NCBI GenBank assembly: GCA_963840855.1
Contig: CAWJBB010000013.1
Coordinates: forward strand, 1-22,314
Reading direction: 5' to 3'
Length of the DNA: 22,314 bases
DNA from: an uncultured delta proteobacterium
Lineage (GTDB): Bacteria > Desulfobacterota > Binatia > UBA9968
A program made the position numbers and the translations under genes. Under the pieces are notes generated by a model. It saw only the letters and a list, made by a program, of their open reading frames with translations, was not told the origin of the DNA and ran no database searches. Each line of letters starts with the position of its first letter. The first letter of the stretch is position 1. Positions 1 to 8,388 of the stretch are shown here, in pieces.

Positions 1-104
1 CAAGTTGCTCAGCGGCAATGGTTGCGTTGGAGTCCATGTTCACACCAGGACGTTCAATGCAGCCGCTGCTCTTCGGAGCGGCTTGTCCCGCACTTAATCT
101 TGCT

Positions 105-127
105 GTCTGCTCCAGCGGCAGTTGGAT
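105..127 (-). repeat. Left half (R''-L'') of a degenerate attC site closing the YrhB-like cassette
   Basis: Minus strand reads ATCCAAC TGCC GCTGGAGC AGAC, 15 bp after the stop at 143. ATCCAAC is complementary at 6/7 positions to the cassette's opening core GTTAGAT (559-565). The right half is not recognisable. Confidence 0.45.
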
Positions 128-142
128 ACGCAACTTTCCATG

Positions 143-538
143 TTACTGGATCTCATGAAGTCCCATTTCTTTCGCCTTTTTCGCGAGGCGCGCTCTGCGG
201 AAGCCTCTCCAGGGGAGCGGAAATGATGTGTTCAGACACCAATCTTTCCCACTTGCTTGGCTCGTCGCCAACAAGGTTTCGTATATCTCGATGAACCGAT
301 CAGGCGTGTATTCGATCGAGCTCTCAATAATTTGCTCTACATGTTTGTTCACAAGGATCAGCCTGTAGGAATCGATCCCGGGAGGCGCCGTCGCACCGGA
401 GCAACTTACCGCCAAGACGAAAAGCCAGCCAAACGGGCGCTCAATAGTGCCGTCTTCTACGATAAAAAGGTCCCGAGCATCTTGTCGAGCTTTGAGCCGT
501 GTAAGAACCAATTGCTGTGCTTTTTCCCTCGTAAGCAT
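143..538 (-). CDS. YrhB-like / Imm35-type putative immunity protein with a C-terminal extension; integron cassette ORF
   Basis: MLTREKAQQLV...IVEDGTIERPFGWLF...ILVNK resembles the YrhB/Imm35 pattern. The ATG at 538 lies about 20 bp downstream of the attC R' box GTTAGAT. Confidence 0.6.
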   Translation of the reverse strand: MLTREKAQQLVLTRLKARQDARDLFIVEDGTIERPFGWLFVLAVSCSGATAPPGIDSYRLILVNKHVEQIIESSIEYTPDRFIEIYETLLATSQASGKDWCLNTSFPLPWRGFRRARLAKKAKEMGLHEIQ

Positions 539-558
539 ACGCTTCGGTTTGGTTGACA

Positions 559-620
559 ATCTAACTTTACAAAGCTCAACCGTCACTGACAAGCGATCGG
601 TCTGAGACTCATAGTCAGAG
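559..620 (-). repeat. Integron attC site (62 bp, R'' mutated)
   Basis: Minus strand: CTCTGAC tatga GTCTCAGACCG atcgcttgtcagtga CGGTTGAGC tttgtaaa GTTAGAT. R' is a perfect GTTRRRY, R'' has AAC changed to GAC, and the interior is nearly identical to the attC at 8389-8446. Confidence 0.7.
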
Positions 621-631
621 GATACCTGCCA

Positions 632-654
632 TTCGCGATGCTATCTCACTATGC
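632..654. repeat. 23-bp direct repeat, copy 1 (TTCGCGATGCTATCTCACTATGC)
   Basis: Exact match to 5272-5294. The match extends leftward through GCCA with a single T indel. Confidence 0.9.
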
Positions 655-664
655 TCCTCGAACG

Positions 665-1555
665 TCAGGCCGGCTTCGGCCCCGGCGGCGGCTCAAGGAG
701 CTGGAGCAGTCCCGAGCTGTCGAGCCGGCCGAAGCCGGCCTGGCTCGCTTCGCCGTAGAGCTCCCACGCCTGCCTTGCGACTTCGGTGCGGGCGCCCGCG
801 CTTTCGGCCAGCTCAAGGGCCAGACGCAGGTCCTTCCAGGCGAGGTCGACGAAGAAACCGGCGCGATAGTCGTGGGCGACAAGGGCGGAGAGCTTGCGCT
901 CCAGGATGAAACTCGCGCCCGAAGCGCGGCTGAGCACTTCGCCAACAGTCCGGCGGTCGACGCCCAGGCGATCGGCGAGCGCCATCGCCTCGCAGAGCGC
1001 GGCCTGGTTGGTGAGCGCCACATAGTTGTTGAGGAGCTTCAAGATGTTGCCCCGGCCGACCTCGCCCAGGCAGAAGAGGTTCTTGCCGATCGCGCGCAGG
1101 ACGCTCTCGTAGGGCGCAACATCGGGGGCGGGCGCGCCGATCATCACGGCAAGCGTGCCGGCGACGGCGCCGCTCACGCTGCCACTCACCGGCGCGTCGA
1201 TGAGCCGAACCCCGCGCTCCGCGGCTCGGACCGCCAGCCGCCGCGTCGTGTCGGGGCTCACTGTGCTCAGGTCGAATACCACGTGGCCGGAGCGAGCGCC
1301 GGTGATCAAACCCGGCGTCCCCGCGGAGCCGAATACCACCTCCTCCACGATGGCGTCGTTCGGCAGGCTGGTCAGCGTCACCTCGACCGCCGCTGCGACC
1401 GCGGGGAGGTCGGGCGCGCGGCGCGCGCCGAGCTTCTCAAGCGGTGCGGTTGCCTCCGCGCGCGCGTCGAACACGGTGACCTGGTGGCCTGCCTTGAGGA
1501 CATTGGTCGCCATGGGTCCGCCCATGTTACCGGTCCCTACGAAACCGACGTGCAT
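665..1555 (-). CDS. NAD(P)-dependent oxidoreductase, 3-hydroxyisobutyrate dehydrogenase / tartronate semialdehyde reductase family
   Basis: Rossmann motif GFVGTGNMGGPMA, DAPVSG motif, catalytic KLLNN, and FxVDLAWKDL. Purine-rich RBS before the ATG at 1555. Visibly more GC-rich than its neighbours. Confidence 0.92.
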   Translation of the reverse strand: MHVGFVGTGNMGGPMATNVLKAGHQVTVFDARAEATAPLEKLGARRAPDLPAVAAAVEVTLTSLPNDAIVEEVVFGSAGTPGLITGARSGHVVFDLSTVSPDTTRRLAVRAAERGVRLIDAPVSGSVSGAVAGTLAVMIGAPAPDVAPYESVLRAIGKNLFCLGEVGRGNILKLLNNYVALTNQAALCEAMALADRLGVDRRTVGEVLSRASGASFILERKLSALVAHDYRAGFFVDLAWKDLRLALELAESAGARTEVARQAWELYGEASQAGFGRLDSSGLLQLLEPPPGPKPA

Positions 1556-1572
1556 AGCTCTCTCCTCCCTGT

Positions 1573-1668
1573 TCAGAGCCACTGCAGCCCGAACTCCTTG
1601 CGGGCCTTAGAGCACATGAAGCCGGCGGCGAACGGGATGCCGTTCACCGGCGCGCGCTGGTTAACCAT
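1573..1668 (-). pseudogene. Probable C-terminal remnant of the gene that originally preceded the dehydrogenase
   Basis: GC-rich, codon-biased stretch ...NGIPFAAGFMCSKARKEFGLQWL* stops just before the dehydrogenase RBS. The family is not recognised. Confidence 0.35.
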
Positions 1669-1697
1669 CGCTACCGTAGTCTCTTTAGTGGAGAGAC

Positions 1698-3507
1698 CTA
1701 GCGAGAATCGCCGACAACTCCTACGGTGTCCGAAAGGGCGCGAAGCCGGGGTAGCAGGCCGACCTCGCAGGCTTTTATCTGCAGCCCCAGATACTTGGAG
1801 TAGATGCGGCACTGGGCCAAACTGCCGGCGATAAACCAAAGGCCCGGCTGCGCGGTGCGCGTGAACATGTTGCGCAACTCCTGTTCATCGCCGAATCCCC
1901 AGATGGGGCCAACGCGGGCAGCAACTTCGTCGCCAAACAGCTTGCGAACCAGATATTCCTGGCCTTTGTAGCCGGTCGCCAGCACGATCAGATCGGCGGC
2001 AAGCGTATCGCCGGTGCGCAGCCGCGCTCCCTCTGCGACGAACCCGGCTATATCGGAAAATTGCACCAGTCCTATCTCACCTTCAACGATCAAATCGGAA
2101 CAGCCGACATTGAAGTAGTAGCCGCCGCCGCGGGTGAGGTACTTGAACTGCCAGCCCGTTCCGTCTTCCCCGAAATCAAGCTTGAACCCCACGCGCTCCA
2201 GCCCATCGAGGAGTTCCCTGTCCAGATTCTTCGCTCGTTCGGTCAAGAGGATGTGGCTTTTCCTCGCCAGTGGAAGCGGGATGGACGTCGTGATGAGGTC
2301 GCAGTCCTCCAGAGGAGGTCCTTCGTCATACAACGCGTAGGGAAGTTGCGCGCTCGGCTCGATATTGACGATCAGGGTCGAACTCCGTTGAACGAGAGTC
2401 ACTTTTGCCCCGCTCGAGTACAGGTCCTGCGCAATATCATGGCCGCTGTTGCCGGTGCCGATGACAAGGACACGCTTGCCCTTCCATGCCTCGCCGTCAT
2501 CGTATTGGCTGGAGTGCAGAATCTTGCCGCCGAAGTTCCGCAACGTCGGGATATCGGGAAGGTTCGGAATGCCGCTGACTCCGGTGGCCATGACGACGTG
2601 TCGTGGACGCATCTCCCGCTTCGTGCCGTCCGCCCGACGTAGCACAACGGACCATCGCTCTTCTCTTTCGTTGTACGCGCCGCCCGCGAATTCCGTGGCC
2701 GTCCAGTAGTTGAGCTCCATGCCTTCCACATAGGCCTCGAACCAGCCGGCAAGTTTGTCTTTGGGAATGTAGGTCGGCCAACTCGGTGGAAAAGGCATGT
2801 ACGGAAGATGGTTGACCTGCACCTGGTTGTGCAGGGTCAGCGCGTGATAGCGATTGCGCCAGTTGTCACCGATGCGCTGTTCACGGTCCACGATCAAGCG
2901 TATCGACCTGCAATTGACGCAGGCGTGCGGCGATCGAAAGCCCGGCCTGCCCCCCGCCGACGACCAGCACAACCGGATCCCTATCGACATACTCGGCGGC
3001 GGATCTCCTGAGGTCGCGCCAGTTCGGGCCTCGAAAATCGCGCGAATATGACGTACCCCTGGGCCGCAATCTCCCGACCTGTTCCTCGAACCCCTTTATT
3101 TCGTCGAGCGCTGTGAGCAAGGTCCACGCTTTCGGCGTGTTGCCATCATTGGCATCGGGGGTCAGCCGTAGGACTCCGCTGCCGCGGCCTTCGGCAGTTT
3201 CAAACCTGAAGATCGCTTCGATCGCGTTGGTGCCCGCGCGCGTTACATAGCGCGGCGCCGTCCGATCGGGATCCGTCCTAAAACCAGTCGGATGGACTCG
3301 GCCGATATGCGCTTTCAGCTCTCTAGAAATAGCGTCCAAGCCGTTGACCGTCCTGATGTGCCAAGTCAGGGCAAGTACATCGCGCCAATGGCTATCAGGA
3401 TGAAACAGAGTCTTCAGCAGGACGTCGTCGCATCCCGCAAGAGCACTTTCGAACTGCGCAAGCCAATGGTCCGCAATCGTCGCGATGGTTTCTGTTCTAG
3501 CCAACAT
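1698..3507 (-). pseudogene. Flavin-containing monooxygenase (FMO/YUCCA-like NAD(P)/FAD oxidoreductase) with one +1 frameshift near 2896
   Basis: N-terminal WRDVLALTW domain and FAD motif GGGQAG in ORF 2881-3519. GDNWRNRY, HSSQY, GTGNSG and ATGY motifs in ORF 1698-2990. Removing one T in ACG-CTT-GAT restores ...VDTLIVDRE... It could be a sequencing indel. Confidence 0.88.
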
Positions 3508-3545
3508 TCGCGATCCCAAGCTATCGATCTGCGCCGCGTTTCCAG

Positions 3546-3716
3546 GCTCTACAACTCCAGAGATCAGCGGACCGCATGCACGGCTACGCGATCCGCCGCT
3601 TCGTTGATTGCGGTCAGAAGGCCCGTGACTTCCACGTCTGGCCGCTGGCGGAGAACGTGCAAAGTCCAGGCACTATCTTTGGCCGAATTCCTGGATAGCC
3701 GTACTCGGCACGACAT
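3546..3716 (-). pseudogene. N-terminal remnant of a Dph6-like (diphthine-ammonia ligase family) PP-loop ATPase
   Basis: ATG overlaps the stop of the upstream gene (TGATG). It translates as MSCRVRLSRNSAKDSAWTLHVLRQRPDVEVTGLLTAINEAADRVAVHAVR*SLEL*, a degraded version of LLSWSSGKDSAW.LH...V.GLLTT.NE..DRVAMH.VR with in-frame stops. Not in the ORF track. Confidence 0.8.
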
Positions 3717-4666
3717 CAGCTGGAGACTCCTGGAATTGGGTTGACCACCTCGGAAGCGATCACGCGAACAGGTGGTGGTAACCCGGCGGGCAGCGGATGC
3801 ACGATCGGGTCAAGAGTGTGCGCCAGGATCTCCAGGCTATCGACCAGGCGTGGACCTGGACGGCTGAAATATTGAGAGCCGTCTGTGACATATACCCGTC
3901 CCATCCGGACTGCAGGCAAGTCTTTCCAGCCAGGGACGGCTTGCAACGGTGGAACATCATCCATGGTTCGCGCGACGTCAAAGCCACAACAGGCAATGAA
4001 CACGACCTCCGGCTGCCATCCCATCACTTCCTCCCAGTGCAGCGTCCGCGATGGCCTGCCTTCCCGACCGAGGCCTTCGACGCCTCCTGCCAACCGGACC
4101 AGTTCGGGGCTCCAATGGCCGCAGGAGAATGGTGGATCGAGCCACTCCAGCAACGCCACACGCGGCCGGCGTCGCAATGAGATCGTGCGGGCCACGACGC
4201 CCTCGACGCGGGCCGCCAGCCCTTCAACGACTTCCTCTCCTTTCCGGCCCACGCCCACGGCCATCGCCACTTTGCGGATTGCGGCAAAGACCTCCGAAAG
4301 GGTTTGCGGTTCCAGGTTGATGACCTGAGGGCGACCAGGAAGCAAAGATGCAGCGGCCTGAACCTCATCTTCGGCCACCGCGCAAACTTCGCACAGCGCT
4401 TGCGTGACAATCAGGTCAGGCTGCAGTTCTTCCAACATGGGCAGGTCGAGGGAATAGAGGGCTCGATTCGTCCGCAGCCATTGCCGAACCTGACGATCGA
4501 TTTCGGCGCTCGGAACTTCGGCGGGGACCAGCGTGCGCGTGACCTTTGGCAGTCCTCTAACGAACGCCGGGAAATCGCACTCGTGGGTAACCCCCACCAA
4601 TTGATCTTCCAGTCCGAGAGTGCAGATCATCTCCGTTGCGCTGGGAAGCAGCGAAACGATCCTCAT
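3716..4666 (-). CDS. Cobalamin-binding protein, BtuF-like periplasmic-binding fold, no signal peptide
   Basis: MRIVSLLPSATE, GVTHECDFP, PDLIVTQALCEVCAV, LEWLDPP..GHW.PE and YFSRPGPRLVDSLEILA. RBS AGGAG. Confidence 0.88.
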   Translation of the reverse strand: MRIVSLLPSATEMICTLGLEDQLVGVTHECDFPAFVRGLPKVTRTLVPAEVPSAEIDRQVRQWLRTNRALYSLDLPMLEELQPDLIVTQALCEVCAVAEDEVQAAASLLPGRPQVINLEPQTLSEVFAAIRKVAMAVGVGRKGEEVVEGLAARVEGVVARTISLRRRPRVALLEWLDPPFSCGHWSPELVRLAGGVEGLGREGRPSRTLHWEEVMGWQPEVVFIACCGFDVARTMDDVPPLQAVPGWKDLPAVRMGRVYVTDGSQYFSRPGPRLVDSLEILAHTLDPIVHPLPAGLPPPVRVIASEVVNPIPGVSS

Positions 4667-4675
4667 CGGCAGCTC

Positions 4676-4786
4676 CTATAAAGCCACGGAAGGCTCAGGT
4701 TCGCGCAGTGCTGGCACTGCGTTCGCGGCAAGCGCCGGGCCGCCCAAGAGCACCATCGAATAAACCGCGTCGCCCAACAAGGTATG
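4676..4786 (-). pseudogene. C-terminal fragment of a BtuM-like / DUF6580 putative cobalamin transporter
   Basis: HTLLGDAVYSMVLLGGPALAANAVPALREPEPSVAL* resembles the family C-terminus NTL.GD..YS..LFGG.AL....P.LRE. It ends directly before the BtuF-like RBS. Confidence 0.6.
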
Positions 4787-4834
4787 GGGACCAACACTGG
4801 AATCAAGCGTGCGTGGGGGAAAGTCAGCATAAGG

Positions 4835-5206
4835 TCACGCTGTTTTATAACCGTATGGACAATGTGTGCACCCATTTTGGCAACAGTGCCCGCGCTTCAA
4901 GAGATACCACGCCGTAAAAACAAATTTCCCATCTTCATTGAGGTAGTAGTCTATATCTTCCATGAGTGGACTGTTTGTGGCGTATTTCTTCGCGATGCTG
5001 GCAGCACCGTTTTCAGGAGTAATAGTTTGGAGATATCTGGCTATTTTTTCTTTTACAACCTCTTTCAAGCAAGCAGGGCAACGACACGATTGGCTGAAGT
5101 CAAGGGGCATGATCTGCGAATAGTCACAACACCAACACCTTTTATCCCCACTCTCCAGCCCACAGGTAAACAAGGTCGCACAGACTGGACAAGCTCTCAA
5201 CGGCAT
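4835..5206 (-). CDS. Cysteine-rich CWC domain fused to DUF5522
   Basis: CPVC..FTCG....CWC...C.CP.CL followed by DYY.NE.G..VFTAWYLLKRG.CC.NGC.HCPYG. RBS GAAGGAG. Confidence 0.85.
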   Translation of the reverse strand: MPLRACPVCATLFTCGLESGDKRCWCCDYSQIMPLDFSQSCRCPACLKEVVKEKIARYLQTITPENGAASIAKKYATNSPLMEDIDYYLNEDGKFVFTAWYLLKRGHCCQNGCTHCPYGYKTA

Positions 5207-5271
5207 CGCTGACTTCTCCTTCGATGCGTCAAGCACGAATTGGCCTCGGTCAGCCTTTCGGCCAGCGCCAT

Positions 5272-5294
5272 TTCGCGATGCTATCTCACTATGC
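5272..5294. repeat. 23-bp direct repeat, copy 2
   Basis: Identical to 632-654. Confidence 0.9.
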
Positions 5295-5412
5295 CCCCGG
5301 CGAGCGGTAGCTCACCGTCTTTGGCCGCCTCGTCGATCTGCTCTAGAGAACGTCGTCCTGACACATGGGTCCGTCTCGTTGCGTTGATCACCAATCAGAG
5401 CAAGTGTACATC

Positions 5413-5543
5413 CTCTAACGACCTGCGCATCAGCGGCCCGCGGGCGACGCGCCGCTGGACCGAAGATGAGAGCTACACTTGCAGATGACGAGACGGTTGG
5501 TCAAGCCCGCTCCCCGTGGGTCCGCCGCATGCGCGGGATAGGC
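5413..5543 (-). repeat. Integron attC site (131 bp, degenerate)
   Basis: Minus strand: GCCTATC CCGCGC ATGCGGCGGAC CCACGGG ... CCCGCGG GCCGCTGAT GCGCAGGTC GTTAGAG. The L''/L' pairing with an extrahelical base is typical. R'' has AAC changed to ATC. Confidence 0.7.
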
Positions 5544-5550
5544 AGCAGCT

Positions 5551-5650
5551 CACGGCGCGACGCGGCGGGAATGGGCCAATGCGAATGAGGAGCTGCTGGT
5601 GCGCTTCATCCGTGCCTTTGTCCGCGCCACCGACTGGGTGATGGATAAAA
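5551..5650 (+). pseudogene. Internal fragment of an NMT1/SsuA-type ABC substrate-binding protein
   Basis: HGATRREWANANEELLVRFIRAFVRATDWVMDK matches the typical '(R)..W...N.E.LVRF.RA..RA..W' helix. No start codon, and an in-frame stop just upstream. Confidence 0.6.
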
Positions 5651-5671
5651 AGCCGTCGCCGGCCTCGCCGG

Positions 5672-6941
5672 TTAGTTCTCCAACCCCGGATTCGCCATGA
5701 ACACGGACGGCGCGAGCTTTTGCCCGGTCTGAGGGTGGCGCATGGTTCGCTTGAGCACAAAGTCAAACAGCAGCGGATTGTAATCGTAGATCTCGTTGAG
5801 ATAGCCGCGCTCTTCTGCGGTGATGAATCCATCCCGCGCCATCGCCCTCGTGTGGATCAGGAAGTTGATCGCCGGCAGCGGATAGTCGCTGCCGTTCACC
5901 AGACGGGGATGCAAATCCTGACGCTTTAAAAGAGTCGAAATCGGTCCCGGCATTCGATTAAACTGAAGCTGCGCCGATATCTCGCCGAAGAGCAATCCGT
6001 CGTATTTTTTCTCATCCATCAGACGCAGGAACAGATCGAAACAGAGGACCTCGCCCTTCGCCGGGCTATCGAGGTCGATGCAATTGCCGAGACTGGCGCC
6101 GTGGGCCATAATCACTCGCAGCCCATAGTCCAGCGGTTTCCTCAACAACAGCGGATTCCCCAGCCGCTGATCCTCCTCCGCCTCGACCGCCTGTTCTTCT
6201 CCGGTGTGAGACAGAAGAATCATCCGGCGCGCTTTCATCTTTTCATAAAAGGGATCGAGGCGAGGACTGGCAGGGTCTATGCCCATCGCGTTCGGCAACC
6301 ACTTGATGTATTTCGCCCCTTTTTCCGCCCATTTTTCTAACTCCTCCAGCGCGTCAGGGCGATAGGGATGAACCGAGATGACCGGCAGAAACAGATCGGG
6401 ATAGTCGTGGACCAACCGAAAAATGTACTCGTTTGGAACATAAAAAGTGGTCTTTTCCAAATTGACCGACCCATCGGAATTGTAGTGCTTATCGAAGGCT
6501 AAGATACGAAATTTCCCCGGCGCCGGGATGTTGCGGGCCAGTCGCACGAGCCGCGCAACGTACTCCTGATCGGCGGTGTCGAGGCTCTGGATTCCCGCCG
6601 CGCTGGCATAGACGCTGAATTTCAGCCGCTCGATCAAATGGAGCCAGCTCCTCATCTTCGAATTCACAAACGCCCCGCTGCCGTCGGTTCCTAGAGCCAC
6701 GATATGCACGTGATGATCGATCCAGGGTTGCGGCTGGATTCCTTCGAACGCTTCGTCAATGAGCTTTTTTGCTCTCGGCGAGGCGTCGTGCTGGAGCCCC
6801 TCCGGCGTCTTTGGAAAAAGCGCCGCCGATCTGCTGGATGAGACAACCGGAAAGAAAAAACGAAACGGCCAGACATGAGCATAAAACCAGGCAGGATCTC
6901 CGAACCTGGCTGATGGTCGTCCTGTCGGAACCGCGTATCAT
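5672..6941 (-). pseudogene. Lipoprotein amidohydrolase (amidohydrolase_2-like) with one +1 frameshift near 6810-6819
   Basis: Signal peptide with lipobox FFLSGC from the ATG at 6941. Removing one base in TTTTTCCAAAG joins it to ...EAFEGIQPQPWIDHHVHIVALG. Metal-binding motifs HxH, SHTG, MAHGA and GSDYP. Confidence 0.85.
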
Positions 6942-7059
6942 AACTGCGAGTGAAGGTATTCGAAAGGCCCGCGGGTAGTCAAGAACAAAACAGCATAGGT
7001 TTCCGGAATCGCCGGCCCGAAGATCGATGGAACTTGACTTGACAGTAGAGATCTCCGCA

Positions 7060-7122
7060 TCAAGACCGTCCTTGAGGATCCTTAAGAGCCTCTGAATATT
7101 TTTCATAAAATGTGCTCGTCAA
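7060..7122 (-). pseudogene. Truncated start of the next cassette ORF (MTSTFYEKYSEALKDPQGRS*), possibly an HNH-endonuclease-like N-terminus
   Basis: Perfect RBS AAGGAGG 15 bp after the attC R' box GTTAGAC. The Y.E.LKDP stretch recalls Y.E.LKDPRWQ..R starts, and the ORF ends after 20 codons. Confidence 0.35.
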
Positions 7123-7149
7123 CACAACCTCCTTACATAAGGGTTCGTA

Positions 7150-7219
7150 GTCTAACGATCAAGTATCAGCTGCCCGCCGCTGCTTTTGGCGACGGGTCGG
7201 GCTGCATGCGGTGTTCGGC
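7150..7219 (-). repeat. Integron attC site (70 bp) closing the TIR cassette
   Basis: Minus strand: GCCGAAC ACCGC ATGCAGC CCGAC CCGTCGC caaaa GCAGCGG CGGG CAGCTGAT ACTTGATC GTTAGAC. R''/R' and L''/L' with an extrahelical G. The TIR ORF reads into it (RPNTACSPT...AADT*). Confidence 0.85.
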
Positions 7220-7989
7220 CTTGCAGGCTCCACCGTTGGGCCATCTTCATGAATCGCTTTCGCATACATAGTTTCGATGAAAACGAAGAGCAAGTTGAAT
7301 TTACGGGCTAACTCTGTCTTTCCTTCTTTCATTTCGGCTTCGTCCGGTACGCGGTGGTATGTGTCTGCGCAGGCCCGGATGACCGCGAGGATGTTTGCAG
7401 CCGATCCAACATTTTTCTTTTTGCGACCGCGTTTTTTCCGTTCTTGCTCGACGAACTTCCAGATCCATTCGTGCCAACGATCAAGGAGGGCATTCGACTC
7501 AGCGACGGAGATGACGACACCGTGACCAAAAATGCGTGGGCCTTCGTCCGCCCACTCGATAGCAATACCGCTCCTGAAGTTCTCACGGGTAACGTTTAGA
7601 CCCATGGCGATGAGGAGTAAATCGCATTGTTTGTCAAACTGCTTCTCGTCTCGGAAATCCGCATAGAGTTTGTTGGCGAGGGAGTCGGGAATCGGGCAGT
7701 CATCTATCCGAACCGGGAACACCACGACTGCCTCGTTCTTGATCTCTTTCGTTACGGCGAGACTAAGTTCTTTCTTCACCCACGGTGACTTGATCGAGTT
7801 TTTCGAAATAATCGCGGCAATGAAATCAACCTCCTTGATGGCCTCAGTGATCTTATCAATAAGAGAGTCACCGATTCGGAGGTTCGCTTCGTCCAACCAA
7901 ATGGTTGCCCCAGATTCGGTCAGCCGATCAGCCAGCCGACGTACGAAAGGCTTGTCTGCTGAATTGTGGCTGAGGAAGATCGATGGCAT
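7159..7989 (-). CDS. TIR domain (TIR_2-type) protein with an unrecognised C-terminal domain
   Basis: IFLSHNSADKPFVRRLA..L...WLDE...GDSL...I...DF...IISKNS.KSPWVKKEL, with the catalytic Glu position retained, then LANKLYADF. RBS GGAGAG. Confidence 0.9.
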   Translation of the reverse strand: MPSIFLSHNSADKPFVRRLADRLTESGATIWLDEANLRIGDSLIDKITEAIKEVDFIAAIISKNSIKSPWVKKELSLAVTKEIKNEAVVVFPVRIDDCPIPDSLANKLYADFRDEKQFDKQCDLLLIAMGLNVTRENFRSGIAIEWADEGPRIFGHGVVISVAESNALLDRWHEWIWKFVEQERKKRGRKKKNVGSAANILAVIRACADTYHRVPDEAEMKEGKTELARKFNLLFVFIETMYAKAIHEDGPTVEPARPNTACSPTRRQKQRRAADT

Positions 7990-7991
7990 GG

Positions 7992-8312
7992 CTACTCGCT
8001 CTCTCCATGCGGCTGAGCAGTGGCGACAATCTTGCCCTCTTTGATCAAGTCGTCGACTCCGGACGTGACGGAGATGGCTAAGTCGAACGTCTCCCCGGCG
8101 TCGATCTCGCGCTTCACCAGCGGGGTCGGTGCGAATTTGGTCACGAGCTTGTGCCCGGTATCGCGTTCAAATTGCGTGCCTAGCTCCTTGAACGCCGCTG
8201 TCATGGGAGCCGCAGCTATGACCTTTACCTCAGCGGCCTCTGCGGCGAAGCCTTGCGACAACAGAATCATCGCCGCAATTCTTGCTGGTGCCGCAAGCGA
8301 TCTGGTCCTCAT
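7992..8312 (-). pseudogene. 5' third of a ModA-like (molybdate-type) substrate-binding protein, truncated
   Basis: Signal peptide followed by AEVKVIAAAPM.AA.KEL..QFER.TGHKL...F......V...I.AGE.FDL. It breaks off after GKIVA and runs into the TIR gene leader. Confidence 0.75.
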
Positions 8313-8388
8313 GGCTCCCTCCAATGATTGCGAAATGTCCGCTCATCGCGGGCGCCTGATCCGTGAGCCGCCGCGCGAGTACCTTGCA

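Noticed and set aside
1-37. Possible gene start MDSNATIAAEQL (minus) or right half of a plus-strand attC (GCTCAGCGGCAATGGTT)
   Set aside because: Cut by the window edge, so the two readings cannot be distinguished.
638-1834. 398-aa plus-strand ORF
   Set aside because: Antisense shadow of the GC-rich dehydrogenase gene, with no recognisable motifs.
4790-5300. Cobalamin riboswitch upstream of the B12 module
   Set aside because: No B12-box or GGGAA/GCCACTG core could be found in the available intergenic sequence.
6805-6825. Programmed frameshift at TTTTTCCAAAG
   Set aside because: The required shift is +1, there is no canonical X XXY YYZ heptamer, and no recoding is known to me in this family.
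6756-7106. 116-aa ORF as an independent gene
   Set aside because: It is a chimera of cassette remnant, intergenic DNA and the frameshifted N-terminus of the amidohydrolase (true start 6941).
8010-8022. attC core at the start of the TIR cassette (GCTCAGCC)
   Set aside because: It lacks the invariant GTT and there is no upstream hairpin, so the cassette's 5' boundary is not supported.
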